DNA of 64,000 bases from an uncultured Bacteroidales bacterium. GTDB lineage: Bacteria > Bacteroidota > Bacteroidia > Bacteroidales > UBA11471. The notes below the pieces were generated by a model. The model saw only the letters and a program-made list of their open reading frames with translations. It searched no databases and was not told where the DNA came from. Positions 54,680-64,000 of this stretch are shown piece after piece. Where the stretch lies: NCBI GenBank assembly GCA_947593515.1, contig CANQDQ010000003.1, positions 22,497 through 86,496 on the forward strand, in the 5' to 3' direction. Within the stretch, counting starts at the first letter, position 1. Every line of letters starts with the position of its first letter. The position numbers were made by a program, and so were the translations under genes.

Positions 54680-57145
54680 TTATTTCACGATGAGTCTTTG
54701 GTTGTAGACTTTGTCGGGGGTCTGTACGAGTACCGTGTAAACACCGGCAGCCAAGTCGTCGACACCTACCGAAACCGTAGCGTCGGTTGCAGCTACCGAT
54801 TTCACGAGTTGTCCGGCGAGGTTGTAGATGGCAACGACACCCGTAACATCGGCGGGCAGAGCCACCGTTACGTTATCGACGGCAGGATTGGGATATACCT
54901 GCATGGAGGCAGCAGCTTCCACTTCTTCGATAGCATCGTAGTCGGGTTGTTCCATTTCCGCTTCAGCCGTGCCGCTGCCGGCAGCGGTAGCGACAGCGAT
55001 GAGCTGCCACTCGGAGTCAATCTCATCGTAGTCTTGTTTGTCTGGATTCCACACTTGAACGGCGGGCGTCCACAGCGTATCGAGTTTGAATACTGCGGTT
55101 CCAAGACCGCTGAGCGACAATTCGAAACTTTCAGGACCTATCACCTCGTCTGAGCTCGAGCCGTAAGCGCGATACGATTTCATGAGCACGAGGGTATCGC
55201 CTTCGGCTACCGACCATTCGCCGCGCGGAGCCAGCGAGAGGTTTACTTTACTCTCTTTGCCCTCCATGAAGCGAATGTCGCGTTGTACGAGTATGTTGTC
55301 GTAGTGGTCTTTATTGGTGAGTTCAAATTCCATTTTCGCGCCGTTGTGGATGTAGAGGTTAGCATTGCTGCCTTTTCCTCTTATTGTGCCGTAATAAGTG
55401 GTATCCACTAAGGTAACGATAGTGGTATCGGTTTCTGTTTTTATCGTGTCGGTCGATGCCTTACCTTTAAAGAAGGCATTACCGCTGGCTATGTTGTTCG
55501 GAATGCCGGAACCGGCCTTTGCGTAAGAAGAGCGTTCTGCATGAGAACCGTCGATGCGGAAAGTGGCAATCGAATTGTTGCCCGGAACCAACGTACCGTA
55601 GAGTTCGGTGGTGCCGCCTATCGTTCCCGTACCGCCGATAAGGGCATCTTCCCGGCAAATCACGGTAGCACCCGACTGAGCTTGTCCGGTGGCAGAGGTG
55701 TTTTCGGGGTCGGGGTTGTTGAACATCACAGCGCCTTCGTACACATCGATACCTTTCAGGAACGTGTTATCGATGGCGGTAATGACGTACGTTCCCGTTC
55801 CCTCTTTGATAAGACCGGCTCCGCAGGCGTTCCAAATTTGATAACCTTCTTGATCGCTGCCGTTTTTCTTCGCAGCGGAAAAGGTTCCGGCTATATGGCG
55901 ATCTTCATTGTCGCTGCCGGTCATGATTATCATGTTGGGGTTGGAGTCCTTGTAATAGCCGATTACCATACCTCTCGGTCCCAGCGTAAGGCTTCTCGTT
56001 CTCACCAAGGTGGTACCACCGCCCGTCGACGAACAAGACAAAGCTCCGAGATTGTCGATCTCGAGGTCGATGTTTTTCCAATTGAGGCAAATAGTGTTTA
56101 AAATGTCGGTTTTTTCCGGATCGCCGGCTTTGGCGGCTTTCCATATGTTGTAGACCGTGCTGTCGCCCTCTACTTTGGAAACAAAATCGTTGGTATGACC
56201 GTTGCCTGCACCGAGAATGAACAGACTCACCGTCGAATCGTTCTCTTCCAAATTGTTTTGAAGAGTTACCTTTCCCTCGAATCCGGAGAAGTCGGTAACA
56301 TAGTCTTCCCATTTCGAGGTGCAGTTTTTCGACGACCAGTCATCGTTTTTGTTAGACCATTGTCCGGTTTCTTCATTAAAGAATATTTTGGAATGCCAAT
56401 CCTTGTTACCGCCTGCAAAGAAACGGGTTCCGGCGACATAGAAGTTGATCGTACCCTTGCCGGCGATATGCACGGTGGTATCCGTCCGCATCTTGCCGTA
56501 ACTCGGCAGGAAGAAATGGAGTTCGGCACCGTCGCCGATAACCAGCGAATCGACATTCAACGCAGGAAAATAAGCGGTACCGGTGGAATTTGCGGCTGAC
56601 ATAACCAGCGTTGCGTGCGCACCCGGTTCCACAGCGATTTTGCTGCCGAATACAGCCGACTCGGCGCTCTCTTTGCTCAAGCGACCCAGCGTACCGTTTT
56701 TCAGCACGGTGGTCATATTCTTCAAATCGACATCGGTGTAGAAAGCGCCTTCGCCGTCTTTCACCAATTGTGCGCCATCGGCACCGGTCAGGTTGCGCGT
56801 CCGTACATCAGGCTTTAGATCGAAGCGTATCGTATCGGCAGTAATCTCTATGCCGGTAGTCTGTACACCGTCGCTGTTAAACAATATGGAATACCCTCCG
56901 GTGTAAGGACCATTATACTCCTCGTCATGAACCGAAGCTGCCTCATCGGTAAAATATGCCTTGCCATTCTCAAACGCTGCGCCCTCCGCCTCTGGACTGG
57001 TGAAAGGCACCCAATTGGTTCCTCCCCACTCATACCTGTAATCTTTCGCATCAGGATCCACAGCGGTAAACGGAACAAATTGCTGCTGCGCGAATACACC
57101 TGTCGAAGCAAGCGCAAACGCCGCCAAAATAGTAATTTTTTTCAT
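54680..57145 (-). CDS. T9SS-secreted beta-helix surface protein (type A C-terminal sorting domain)
   Basis: 821 aa with a signal peptide. It has autotransporter-like beta-strand repeats ('LVKDGEGAFY', 'LIKEGTGTYVITA', 'GGTGTIGGTTELYGTL'). C-terminal 'VYPNPAVDNVTVALP...YNLAGQLV...LAAGVYTVLVQT' is the Por/T9SS tail. Confidence 0.85.
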   Translation of the reverse strand: MKKITILAAFALASTGVFAQQQFVPFTAVDPDAKDYRYEWGGTNWVPFTSPEAEGAAFENGKAYFTDEAASVHDEEYNGPYTGGYSILFNSDGVQTTGIEITADTIRFDLKPDVRTRNLTGADGAQLVKDGEGAFYTDVDLKNMTTVLKNGTLGRLSKESAESAVFGSKIAVEPGAHATLVMSAANSTGTAYFPALNVDSLVIGDGAELHFFLPSYGKMRTDTTVHIAGKGTINFYVAGTRFFAGGNKDWHSKIFFNEETGQWSNKNDDWSSKNCTSKWEDYVTDFSGFEGKVTLQNNLEENDSTVSLFILGAGNGHTNDFVSKVEGDSTVYNIWKAAKAGDPEKTDILNTICLNWKNIDLEIDNLGALSCSSTGGGTTLVRTRSLTLGPRGMVIGYYKDSNPNMIIMTGSDNEDRHIAGTFSAAKKNGSDQEGYQIWNACGAGLIKEGTGTYVITAIDNTFLKGIDVYEGAVMFNNPDPENTSATGQAQSGATVICREDALIGGTGTIGGTTELYGTLVPGNNSIATFRIDGSHAERSSYAKAGSGIPNNIASGNAFFKGKASTDTIKTETDTTIVTLVDTTYYGTIRGKGSNANLYIHNGAKMEFELTNKDHYDNILVQRDIRFMEGKESKVNLSLAPRGEWSVAEGDTLVLMKSYRAYGSSSDEVIGPESFELSLSGLGTAVFKLDTLWTPAVQVWNPDKQDYDEIDSEWQLIAVATAAGSGTAEAEMEQPDYDAIEEVEAAASMQVYPNPAVDNVTVALPADVTGVVAIYNLAGQLVKSVAATDATVSVGVDDLAAGVYTVLVQTPDKVYNQRLIVK

Positions 57146-57313
57146 GATACTTTTTTTTAGTTTATTATTTGGTTATTAACAAAATACGTTTCCCGTCGCC
57201 CGCACCGATTCACAGATAGGGAATTTCGTTTACAAATAAAAGGGTAATCCCTTCGGAGCGGGATTGCGATTTTGACGGAAACAGTGCGTTTTTTGATTTT
57301 ACCCGTAGCAGGG

Positions 57314-58207
57314 TCAGGGGTTCATGCGGCGGTCGAGGGTGCAGATGAAGCCCAGCTTGTAGAGGTCGAGCAGGCGCACAAGAGGGCGGCAGCCGAGCAG
57401 GTTGCGGCGCAGGGGGCGGCGGAAGAGGGCGAAGAGCAGGCGCACAAGGGGCTGCAAGCCGAGCCGCCGCAGGCGCTCCTGCACGCCGAGTATGCGCACG
57501 CAGCCGTGCAGGCGGTCGCGGTAGCGGAGGGCATTGACGAGGGTCGATTCGGTCTTGCGCAGGTAGCCGGCATTGGTATCGGCAACGGGGTGAACGACGG
57601 GGTTGTCGATGTATCGCACGGGCACTCCGGCGGCTTGCAGCTCCTTGCCGAAGAGGGTGTCCTCGTGCCCGTAGGTGGTGATTTCGTCGCAGAATCGCAC
57701 CTGCTCGAAAACGGCACGCGGCGCCATGCAGCTGAATGCGGCGAACGAAGCGTAGGGGGCGCGTGCGCGCTCCTGCGCCGTGTGTTCTTCGCGCACCCGC
57801 GCATAGACATAGCGCAGGCTGCTGCGCGGGTCGATGCCGGCGGGCGGACGGAAAACAATGGTGCCGCAGACGACGGAACGCCCGTCGGCAGCCTCGACGT
57901 AGCGGGCGAGAAAGCGGTCGTCGGCAGGCATGAGGTCGCTGTCGAGCCACAGCAGGTGGTCGTATCGCGCCTGCTCCGCCAGAAAATTGCGCATGTATGC
58001 CAGCCCCCTGTTCTCGGAGCGCTCGATAAGGCGGACGTGCGGCAGACGGTTTATCGCGCGGTTGGCGGCGCGGGCGGAGGCATCGTCGGAGGCGTCGTCG
58101 CCGACGATGATTTCGCAGGGCACCGACAGGGCGTCGGCTTGTGCCGAGAGGGCGGCGACGAAGGCGGTGCAGTCGTCATTGTAAACGGGTATGAGTATCG
58201 AGAGCAT
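57314..58207 (-). CDS. family 2 glycosyltransferase
   Basis: 297 aa from the ATG at 58207. 'LSILIPVYNDD', 'IVGDDASDD', 'LLWLDSDL'. Confidence 0.85.
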   Translation of the reverse strand: MLSILIPVYNDDCTAFVAALSAQADALSVPCEIIVGDDASDDASARAANRAINRLPHVRLIERSENRGLAYMRNFLAEQARYDHLLWLDSDLMPADDRFLARYVEAADGRSVVCGTIVFRPPAGIDPRSSLRYVYARVREEHTAQERARAPYASFAAFSCMAPRAVFEQVRFCDEITTYGHEDTLFGKELQAAGVPVRYIDNPVVHPVADTNAGYLRKTESTLVNALRYRDRLHGCVRILGVQERLRRLGLQPLVRLLFALFRRPLRRNLLGCRPLVRLLDLYKLGFICTLDRRMNP

Positions 58208-58220
58208 GGCGGCGGGGGGG

Positions 58221-60197
58221 CTACATAAGACGGTAATCGACATCGAGCACACGGAACTCTGTGCGGCGGTTGAGGGCGTTGGCAATCTCCTGCAAGTCGG
58301 GGGGCAGGGCGAGTATGTATTCTTCGGTGAGGACGTCGCCTTCGTGGAACTCGGGATATTCGCGCGCCTGCCGGCGGGTAATAACGCGGGGCTGCGTCTT
58401 GCCGTAGCCTTTGGGGGTGAGGCGGTCGGGGGCGACGCCGTGCTGTATGAGATAATCGACGACGGCGCGGGCGCGTCGCTCGGAAAGGCGGAGGTTGTAG
58501 TCGTCGCTGCCCTTCATGTCGGTGTGCGCGCTCAACTCTATCGACACGTTGGGGTTGTCTTCGAGGGTGCGAATGATGCCGTCGAGGGCGGCAGCCGACT
58601 CGGGGGTGAGGTCGGCGCGGTCGAATTCGTAAAAGACGTTTTCGACGATGACGGGCTTGTCGATGGCGGCGAGAATGAAGTCGAGCCCGTAGGTTTCGTC
58701 GCGCTCTTCGGAATCGCTGGTGAACTCGCCGCGCGAATTGAGGTAGCCGCGGCAGCCTGCCATCATGACGTAATCGACGCCCAAATTGAGTGGGAAACGG
58801 TAGGTGCCGTCGTCGCGGGCATAGGCTTTCTGGTTGGAGCCGTCCTTGCCCACGATGCGTATCACGGCATTGGGCACGGGCTCCTCGTCTTGGTCGAGCA
58901 CGTAGCCGGTAATCCATATTTCGAGGCGGGGCAGCTCGAAGCTGAACAGATGGTCGTAACCACGCGCGTCGCCGCGGTTGGAGCTGAAAAATCCGGCTTC
59001 GCGCCCGGTTTCGAAGGTGATGCCGAAATCGTCGCCGGCGGAGTTGACGGGGACGCCGAGATTTTCGATTTTCCAGACGCCGAACTCGTTGAGCGTGGCG
59101 CGGAAGAGGTCGAGCCCGCCCATGCCCGGGTGGCCGTCGGAGGCGAAATAGAGGTCGCCGTTGTCGCGTATGTAGGGGAACATTTCGTCGCCGGCGGTGT
59201 TGATTTGCACACCGAGATTTTCAGCGATGCCGTCGCGGGCTTGGAGGTCGATGCGGTAGAGGTCTTTGCCGCCGGAGCCGCCGGGCATATCGGAGGCGAA
59301 ATAGAGGTATCGCCCGTCGGGCGAAACGGCGGGGTGTGCAAAGGCAGAGAGTGTGTCGCCGGTAATGGGAAAGGGCGCGGGGGCGCTCCACTTGGCATCG
59401 GAGCGCGAGGAGGTGCATATCTCGACGGAGGTATCGATGCCCTCCTCGTGGCGGGCGCGGGTGAGATACATCGTGTTGCCGTCGGGCGTAAAGGAGATGA
59501 TGCCCTCGTCGGCTTCGGTATTGATGCCGCCTTCGGCAGGCTCTGGACGCTGCCAGACGCCTTTTTCGTTTTTCTTGGCGAAAAATATGTCGTTGCTCTT
59601 GATGCCGGTGATGTCGCTCTTTTTGTCGCCGGAGGCTTTGTCGTTGGCGGAGCAGAAATAGAGCAGGTCGTTTTCGGTGCCGAGAAACATGGGTGCGCAC
59701 TCGCTGCGGCGGGAGTTGAAGAGTTTGGCGGGCTTCACGACGTAGCGGGTGGGCGCGGCTTTCCACTCGGGGGCGGCGTCGCAGCCGCGTATGCCGTTCA
59801 GCGCGAGGCGGTCGCCGGGCTTGTAGTCGAGAAAGGCGGCATACTGCTTGCGGGCGTCCTTGTACTTGCCCTGCATGTGCAGCTCGCGCGCCAGATAATA
59901 GACGGCGATGCTGTCGGGGTATTTGTAGCGCATGGCATTCTGGTAACCCGCCGCCGCACGCGGGGCGGAGTTCAGCCGGCGGTAGCACTCGCCGATGCGG
60001 AAAGCGATTTGCGCGCGCGCGGGCTTGTCCTTCGGCGAAGTCTTGTTATAGACCTTGCGGTAGGTGGCGGCGGCGGCAAAATACTCGCCCCGCTCGTACT
60101 GCGCATGGGCAGTGGAGAGCTTGGCTCCGCAGCCCGCCGCCGCCAACAGCAGGAGGCAGCCCGCAGAGAGGGTGAGGTATTTCAACACGCGAACCAT
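58221..60197 (-). CDS. OmpA-family peptidoglycan-anchoring lipoprotein with TPR and TolB-like beta-propeller regions
   Basis: 658 aa with lipobox 'LAAAGCG'. PD40-like repeats ('AHPAVSPDGRYLYFASD'). OmpA_C 'FDRADLTPESAAALDGI...LSAHTDMKGSDDYNLRLSERRARAV'. Confidence 0.88.
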   Translation of the reverse strand: MVRVLKYLTLSAGCLLLLAAAGCGAKLSTAHAQYERGEYFAAAATYRKVYNKTSPKDKPARAQIAFRIGECYRRLNSAPRAAAGYQNAMRYKYPDSIAVYYLARELHMQGKYKDARKQYAAFLDYKPGDRLALNGIRGCDAAPEWKAAPTRYVVKPAKLFNSRRSECAPMFLGTENDLLYFCSANDKASGDKKSDITGIKSNDIFFAKKNEKGVWQRPEPAEGGINTEADEGIISFTPDGNTMYLTRARHEEGIDTSVEICTSSRSDAKWSAPAPFPITGDTLSAFAHPAVSPDGRYLYFASDMPGGSGGKDLYRIDLQARDGIAENLGVQINTAGDEMFPYIRDNGDLYFASDGHPGMGGLDLFRATLNEFGVWKIENLGVPVNSAGDDFGITFETGREAGFFSSNRGDARGYDHLFSFELPRLEIWITGYVLDQDEEPVPNAVIRIVGKDGSNQKAYARDDGTYRFPLNLGVDYVMMAGCRGYLNSRGEFTSDSEERDETYGLDFILAAIDKPVIVENVFYEFDRADLTPESAAALDGIIRTLEDNPNVSIELSAHTDMKGSDDYNLRLSERRARAVVDYLIQHGVAPDRLTPKGYGKTQPRVITRRQAREYPEFHEGDVLTEEYILALPPDLQEIANALNRRTEFRVLDVDYRLM

Positions 60198-60330
60198 TTT
60201 CTTACCTGTACATTATATATACGTAAACGGCGCCGTTTTATTTTATCGCCCCGCGCAACAGAAATTTTTTCCTGCGCCTTTTCTCCGCGCAAAAGGACGA
60301 AACGGGCGAAAAAATCATTATCTTTGCGGC

Positions 60331-60729
60331 ATGAAATTTTTACGACGCTTTTATCTTACGTTTATCGTCGCAGCAGCCATTTTGGGGCTGTCGCTGGCAC
60401 ACATCTCGCCCGACAACGACCTGCCCGACATTCCTTATCTCGACAAGGCGGCGCACTGCCTGATGTATCTGGGTTTGGTGGCGACGTTCTGTTTCGACCT
60501 CTACCGCGCGACGCCCGCGCGCACTTCGTACCGGAAACCGCTGTGGACAGGGTGGCTGCTCGCCGTGCTGCTGGGCGGCGCCATGGAGGCGGCGCAGCTC
60601 TGCCTCACGACGTACCGGTCGGGCGACTGGGGCGACATGGCTGCCAACCTGCTGGGCGCCACGTTAGGTATCGTTGCGGGAATATTCGTGTCGAAACCGC
60701 TATCCGCCCGCATCGGGCGTTATTTCTGA
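60331..60729 (+). CDS. VanZ family membrane protein
   Basis: 132 aa from the ATG at 60331 with 4 TM segments and 'DKAAHCLMYLGL'. Confidence 0.6.
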   Translation: MKFLRRFYLTFIVAAAILGLSLAHISPDNDLPDIPYLDKAAHCLMYLGLVATFCFDLYRATPARTSYRKPLWTGWLLAVLLGGAMEAAQLCLTTYRSGDWGDMAANLLGATLGIVAGIFVSKPLSARIGRYF

Positions 60730-61116
60730 GGCGGGCTCCTCTGCTGCCGGCGGCTCGGCGGCGGGCTTCGCACCGGCAGACAACTCGCGGCAAATATCGG
60801 CAAGCTCGGCGCGTATGGTGCGCAGCCGGCTGATGACTTCGTAGCGCGCCTCCGTTTCGGCGGGCTTCTTGCGCAACCGCTCTTTGGCGCCGCTCAACGT
60901 CATGCCCTGCTCTTTGAGCAGATGATAAATCAATCCGATATTGTGTATGTCTTTGGCGGTGTAGGAACGTATCTGCCGCTTGTTGTCGGAACGCTTGGGG
61001 GCGATGATGTCGAACTCTTTTTCCCAAAAGCGCAGCGTGGGCTCGCTCACACCGAAATGCTGCGCCACTTCGGTAATGGTGTAAAACATTTTTTCGGGGA
61101 GATCTTTCCTTTTCAT
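60700..61116 (-). CDS. MerR family transcriptional regulator
   Basis: 138 aa. 'FYTITEVAQHFGVSEPTLRFWEKEF'. It overlaps the convergent VanZ gene by 30 nt. Confidence 0.88.
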   Translation of the reverse strand: MKRKDLPEKMFYTITEVAQHFGVSEPTLRFWEKEFDIIAPKRSDNKRQIRSYTAKDIHNIGLIYHLLKEQGMTLSGAKERLRKKPAETEARYEVISRLRTIRAELADICRELSAGAKPAAEPPAAEEPASEITPDAGG

Positions 61117-61129
61117 ACCGACGCCTCCG

Positions 61130-62098
61130 TCAATCCATCACCAGCCCGTTGTTTTCAGCCAGCTGTATCATCAGGTCGTAGTCTTCGGGTGTGAGGTCGA
61201 AGAAATAGTAGTTGATGGGATTCTGGTGCTTTCCCTGATAAATGACTTCGTAGTGCAGGTGGGGACCGGTGGACTTTCCGGTGCTGCCGACTTCGGCAAC
61301 CACCTCGCCGCGCACCACACGCTTGCCCCGCTTGGTGGTGATCTTGCTCAAATGCCCGTAAAGGGTGCGGTAGTTGTAGCCGTGGTCGATGATCACCGTG
61401 TTGCCGTAGCCCTGCTTCCAGCCGGTGAAAACCACCGTGCCGTTGGCGGTGGAATAGACCTGCGTGCCGGTGTTGGCGGCAAAGTCCATGCCGGCGTGGA
61501 ACTTGCGCGTATGATAAATGGGGTCGATGCGCCAGCCGTAACCCGAAGCGGTGCGCTTCAAGTCTTTGTTGGAAATGGGCTGAATGGCAGGCAGGCAGTT
61601 GATGCGGTCGTCGTTTTTGCGCACCAGCTCCATGATTTCGTTGAACGAATTGCTCTGCACATAGAGCTGCCGGCGCAGCAGGTCGAGCTTCTTGGTGGAG
61701 GAAACGATAAGCTCGGCATCGTCCAGATTCTGCAACTCGCGGTAGTGGGAGTCGTTGGCAATGCCGGCGTTGCGGGTCTCGGCATCGATGGGATTCGCCT
61801 GCATGATGATGCGGTAGAGGTTGTCGTCGCGCTGCTGCACGTCGTTCATCACCTCCAACGCTTCGTCAAGGCGGTGCGAGAGAATGCGGTACTGGGCGCT
61901 CATCTGCTCGTTGTCTTCGCGCAATTTTTTTTCACGGGACGACTCGTAGAACTTGTCGAACAAAAGAAAGAATACCGCTCCCAACGCCACGCAGAACAAC
62001 AAATACCGCACCACCGCCCATACGCGCGCGCCTACCGATAAATATACGCGCTCGTAGGTAAGTGTGTTCGGATTGTACTGGTAAATCTTGCGTGCCAT
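61130..62098 (-). CDS. M23 family metallopeptidase
   Basis: 322 aa with an N-terminal TM and a coiled region. 'FHAGMDFAANTGTQVYSTANGTVVF...GYGNTVIIDHG...TLYGHLS...GSTGKSTGPHLHYEV'. Confidence 0.93.
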   Translation of the reverse strand: MARKIYQYNPNTLTYERVYLSVGARVWAVVRYLLFCVALGAVFFLLFDKFYESSREKKLREDNEQMSAQYRILSHRLDEALEVMNDVQQRDDNLYRIIMQANPIDAETRNAGIANDSHYRELQNLDDAELIVSSTKKLDLLRRQLYVQSNSFNEIMELVRKNDDRINCLPAIQPISNKDLKRTASGYGWRIDPIYHTRKFHAGMDFAANTGTQVYSTANGTVVFTGWKQGYGNTVIIDHGYNYRTLYGHLSKITTKRGKRVVRGEVVAEVGSTGKSTGPHLHYEVIYQGKHQNPINYYFFDLTPEDYDLMIQLAENNGLVMD

Positions 62099-62252
62099 GT
62101 CTTCCCGTATTTTTTACCCGCCAAAAGGTAAAAAACAACCGTCGATACGATTTTTTATTCTTTAATGACGGCAAAAGTAATATTTTTGGTCTATTTTTGC
62201 AAACGCTTTTACACAAAAGCTCCATTTCTTTTGAATAATTAAAATAACCGAT

Positions 62253-64000
62253 ATGCTTACAGCTAAGGAAATACGCGAATCGTTCAAAAACTTTTTCGCC
62301 TCGAAACAACACCGCATCGTGCCGTCGGCACCAATGGTCGTGAAAGACGACCCGACCCTGATGTTCACCAACGCCGGCATGAATCAGTTCAAAGACATCA
62401 TTCTGGGCAACGCTCCCGCCAAATACCGCCGCGTGGCAGACTCGCAGAAATGCCTGCGCGTGAGCGGCAAACACAACGACCTCGAAGAGGTGGGACTCGA
62501 CACGTATCACCATACGATGTTTGAAATGCTGGGCAACTGGTCGTTCGGCGACTACTTCAAAAAAGAGGCTATCGACTGGGCGTGGGAGTATCTGGTCGAC
62601 GTGCTGAAACTCAACCCCGACCGACTGTATGCCACCGTGTTCGAGGGGTATGCCCCCGAAGGGCTGGAACGCGACAACGAAGCCGCCTCCTACTGGGAAC
62701 AACACCTGCCTGCCGCCCATATCATCAACGGCAACCGCCACGACAACTTCTGGGAAATGGGCGACACGGGTCCCTGCGGCCCCTGCTCGGAAATACACAT
62801 CGACCTGCGCAGCGACGCCGAACGCGCCAAAACCGACGGTCTTACGCTCGTGAACCAAAGCCACCCGCAAGTCATCGAAATATGGAACCTCGTGTTCATG
62901 CAGTACAACCGCAAAGCCGACGGCTCGCTGGAACCGCTGCCGGCAAAGGTCATCGACACGGGCATGGGCTTCGAACGGCTCTGCATGGCGTTGCAGGGAA
63001 AGACCTCGAACTACGACACCGACGTGTTCCAGCCGCTGATAAAAGCCATCGGAAAAATCGCCGGCAAACAGTACGGCGACGACGCCCACTGCGACATCGC
63101 CATGCGCGTGGTCGCCGACCATATACGCACCATCGCCTTCTCTATCACCGACGGACAGCTGCCCTCGAACGCCAAGGCGGGCTACGTGATACGCCGCATC
63201 TTGCGACGGGCGGTGCGCTACGGATATACGTTCCTCGACCAACAGCAGGCATTCCTCTACAAGCTGCTGCCCACCCTCATCGAAACGATGGGCGACGCCT
63301 ACCCCGAACTTTCGGCACAGAAGCCGCTGATAGAGAAGGTCATCAAAGAGGAGGAGGAGGCTTTCCTCCGCACCCTCTCGACGGGTATGCGGCTGCTCGA
63401 CAAAGTGATGGGCGATGCCCGCGCCGCCGGCAAGACGAGCATCAGCGGCGACGACGCTTTCGTGCTGTACGACACGTACGGATTCCCGCTCGACCTTACG
63501 GAACTGATTCTGAAAGAGAATAACCTGTCGGTGGATACCGACCGCTTCAACGTGCGCATGCAGGAACAAAAGGAGCGCGCCCGCAACGCAGCCGCCACCG
63601 AAACGGGCGACTGGGTGGTGCTGCACGAGGGCGAACCGCAATTCGTGGGCTACGACATGCTGTCGTGCGACACCGAAATACTCCGCTACCGGAAGATACG
63701 CCAAAAGAACAAGGAGTATTACCAGCTCGTGCTCTCCGCCACGCCGTTCTACGCCGAAATGGGCGGTCAGGTGGGCGACACCGGCACGCTGACAGCGGAC
63801 GACGACAAAGTGGCTGTCATTGCCACCAAACGGGAAAACAACCTCGGCGTACACCTCGTGGAAAAACTGCCGTCGGACGTTATGGCAACCTTCCGCGCCG
63901 AAGTGAATGCCGAAGACCGGTTGGCTACCGCCTGCAACCACACGGCGACTCACCTGCTGCACGAGGCGCTGCGCGAAGTGCTCGGCACGCACGTGGAACA
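62253..64000 (+). CDS. alaS: alanine--tRNA ligase, N-terminal part (runs off the window)
   Basis: Not in the ORF track because there is no stop in the window. My translation from the ATG at 62253 reads [53 protein letters not shown]... The track's 61932..63992 (-) ORF is its antisense shadow. Confidence 0.93.
   Translation, partial: MLTAKEIRESFKNFFASKQHRIVPSAPMVVKDDPTLMFTNAGMNQFKDIILGNAPAKYRRVADSQKCLRVSGKHNDLEEVGLDTYHHTMFEMLGNWSFGDYFKKEAIDWAWEYLVDVLKLNPDRLYATVFEGYAPEGLERDNEAASYWEQHLPAAHIINGNRHDNFWEMGDTGPCGPCSEIHIDLRSDAERAKTDGLTLVNQSHPQVIEIWNLVFMQYNRKADGSLEPLPAKVIDTGMGFERLCMALQGKTSNYDTDVFQPLIKAIGKIAGKQYGDDAHCDIAMRVVADHIRTIAFSITDGQLPSNAKAGYVIRRILRRAVRYGYTFLDQQQAFLYKLLPTLIETMGDAYPELSAQKPLIEKVIKEEEEAFLRTLSTGMRLLDKVMGDARAAGKTSISGDDAFVLYDTYGFPLDLTELILKENNLSVDTDRFNVRMQEQKERARNAAATETGDWVVLHEGEPQFVGYDMLSCDTEILRYRKIRQKNKEYYQLVLSATPFYAEMGGQVGDTGTLTADDDKVAVIATKRENNLGVHLVEKLPSDVMATFRAEVNAEDRLATACNHTATHLLHEALREVLGTHVE

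Noticed and set aside
60700-60729. 30-nt convergent overlap of the VanZ and MerR genes, considered as a regulatory antisense arrangement
   Set aside because: It is most simply explained by compact convergent gene ends. There is no additional structure or motif to support a special mechanism.
58191-60833. 880-aa + ORF, plus the P/R-rich ORFs 57210..57950 (-), 58051..58917 (-) and 59221..59988 (-)
   Set aside because: These are alternate or antisense frames of the GT2 and OmpA-family genes. The extreme Arg/Pro/Ala/Gly bias is a GC-content artefact. The 880-aa ORF would also run through VanZ and an intergenic promoter region.
61932-63992. 686-aa minus-strand ORF
   Set aside because: It is antisense to alaS, whose + strand translation from 62253 gives the canonical AlaRS N-terminus. 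alaS is absent from the track only because it has no stop in the window.
1-64000. Search by eye for CRISPR arrays, tRNA/rRNA/tmRNA genes, integrases, and flanking direct repeats around the 21.1-26.3 kb islet
   Set aside because: I found no regularly spaced 25-40 bp repeats, no cloverleaf-like conserved tRNA boxes in the intergenic gaps, and no tyrosine or serine recombinase motifs. The absence is by eye only and should be confirmed with tRNAscan-SE, Infernal or a CRISPR finder.

Overview
This is a GC-rich Bacteroidota (Bacteroidales-type) chromosomal segment. Support: a SusC/SusD pair, a T9SS C-terminal sorting domain, an ExbB-ExbD-ExbD-TonB cluster, and TAnnTTTG -7 promoter boxes upstream of many genes. 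Most of the window is housekeeping: uvrA, metK, comM/yifB-like, hisS, rng, an HU gene, truA, speA, fba, partial alaS, an lptD-like gene and an ECF sigma module. Three visibly AT-richer accessory patches interrupt it. (i) 1 to about 5.9 kb holds the repressor / ner-like / transposase A / ATPase B end of a Mu-like transposable prophage. It continues off the left edge and sits just upstream of uvrA. (ii) 21.1-26.3 kb is an islet with a single 1,547-aa protein (DUF4011-like N-terminus, SF1 helicase, Vsr/DUF559-type nuclease, DUF3320-like tail). This is an Hhe-like single-gene defence candidate, followed by a truncated rhuM whose break point overlaps the 3' end of an hxlR regulator. (iii) 52.7-54.6 kb holds a YoeB-type toxin-antitoxin pair, a phased array of perfect TGT..ACA palindromes and an Arch_ATPase/DUF234-type ATPase. 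Other points worth a second look: a glycan-enzyme-free SusC-SusD-DUF4843-PKD-like-TlpA operon; a SAM-II-like pseudoknot upstream of metK; a thioredoxin-fold lipoprotein that has lost its CXXC; and a 29-aa ultra-basic ORF missing from the ORF track. I saw no rRNA, tRNA or CRISPR array by eye. Many long ORFs in the track are antisense or alternate-frame shadows of real genes in GC-rich DNA. All family assignments rest on motif and architecture recognition, not on searches.
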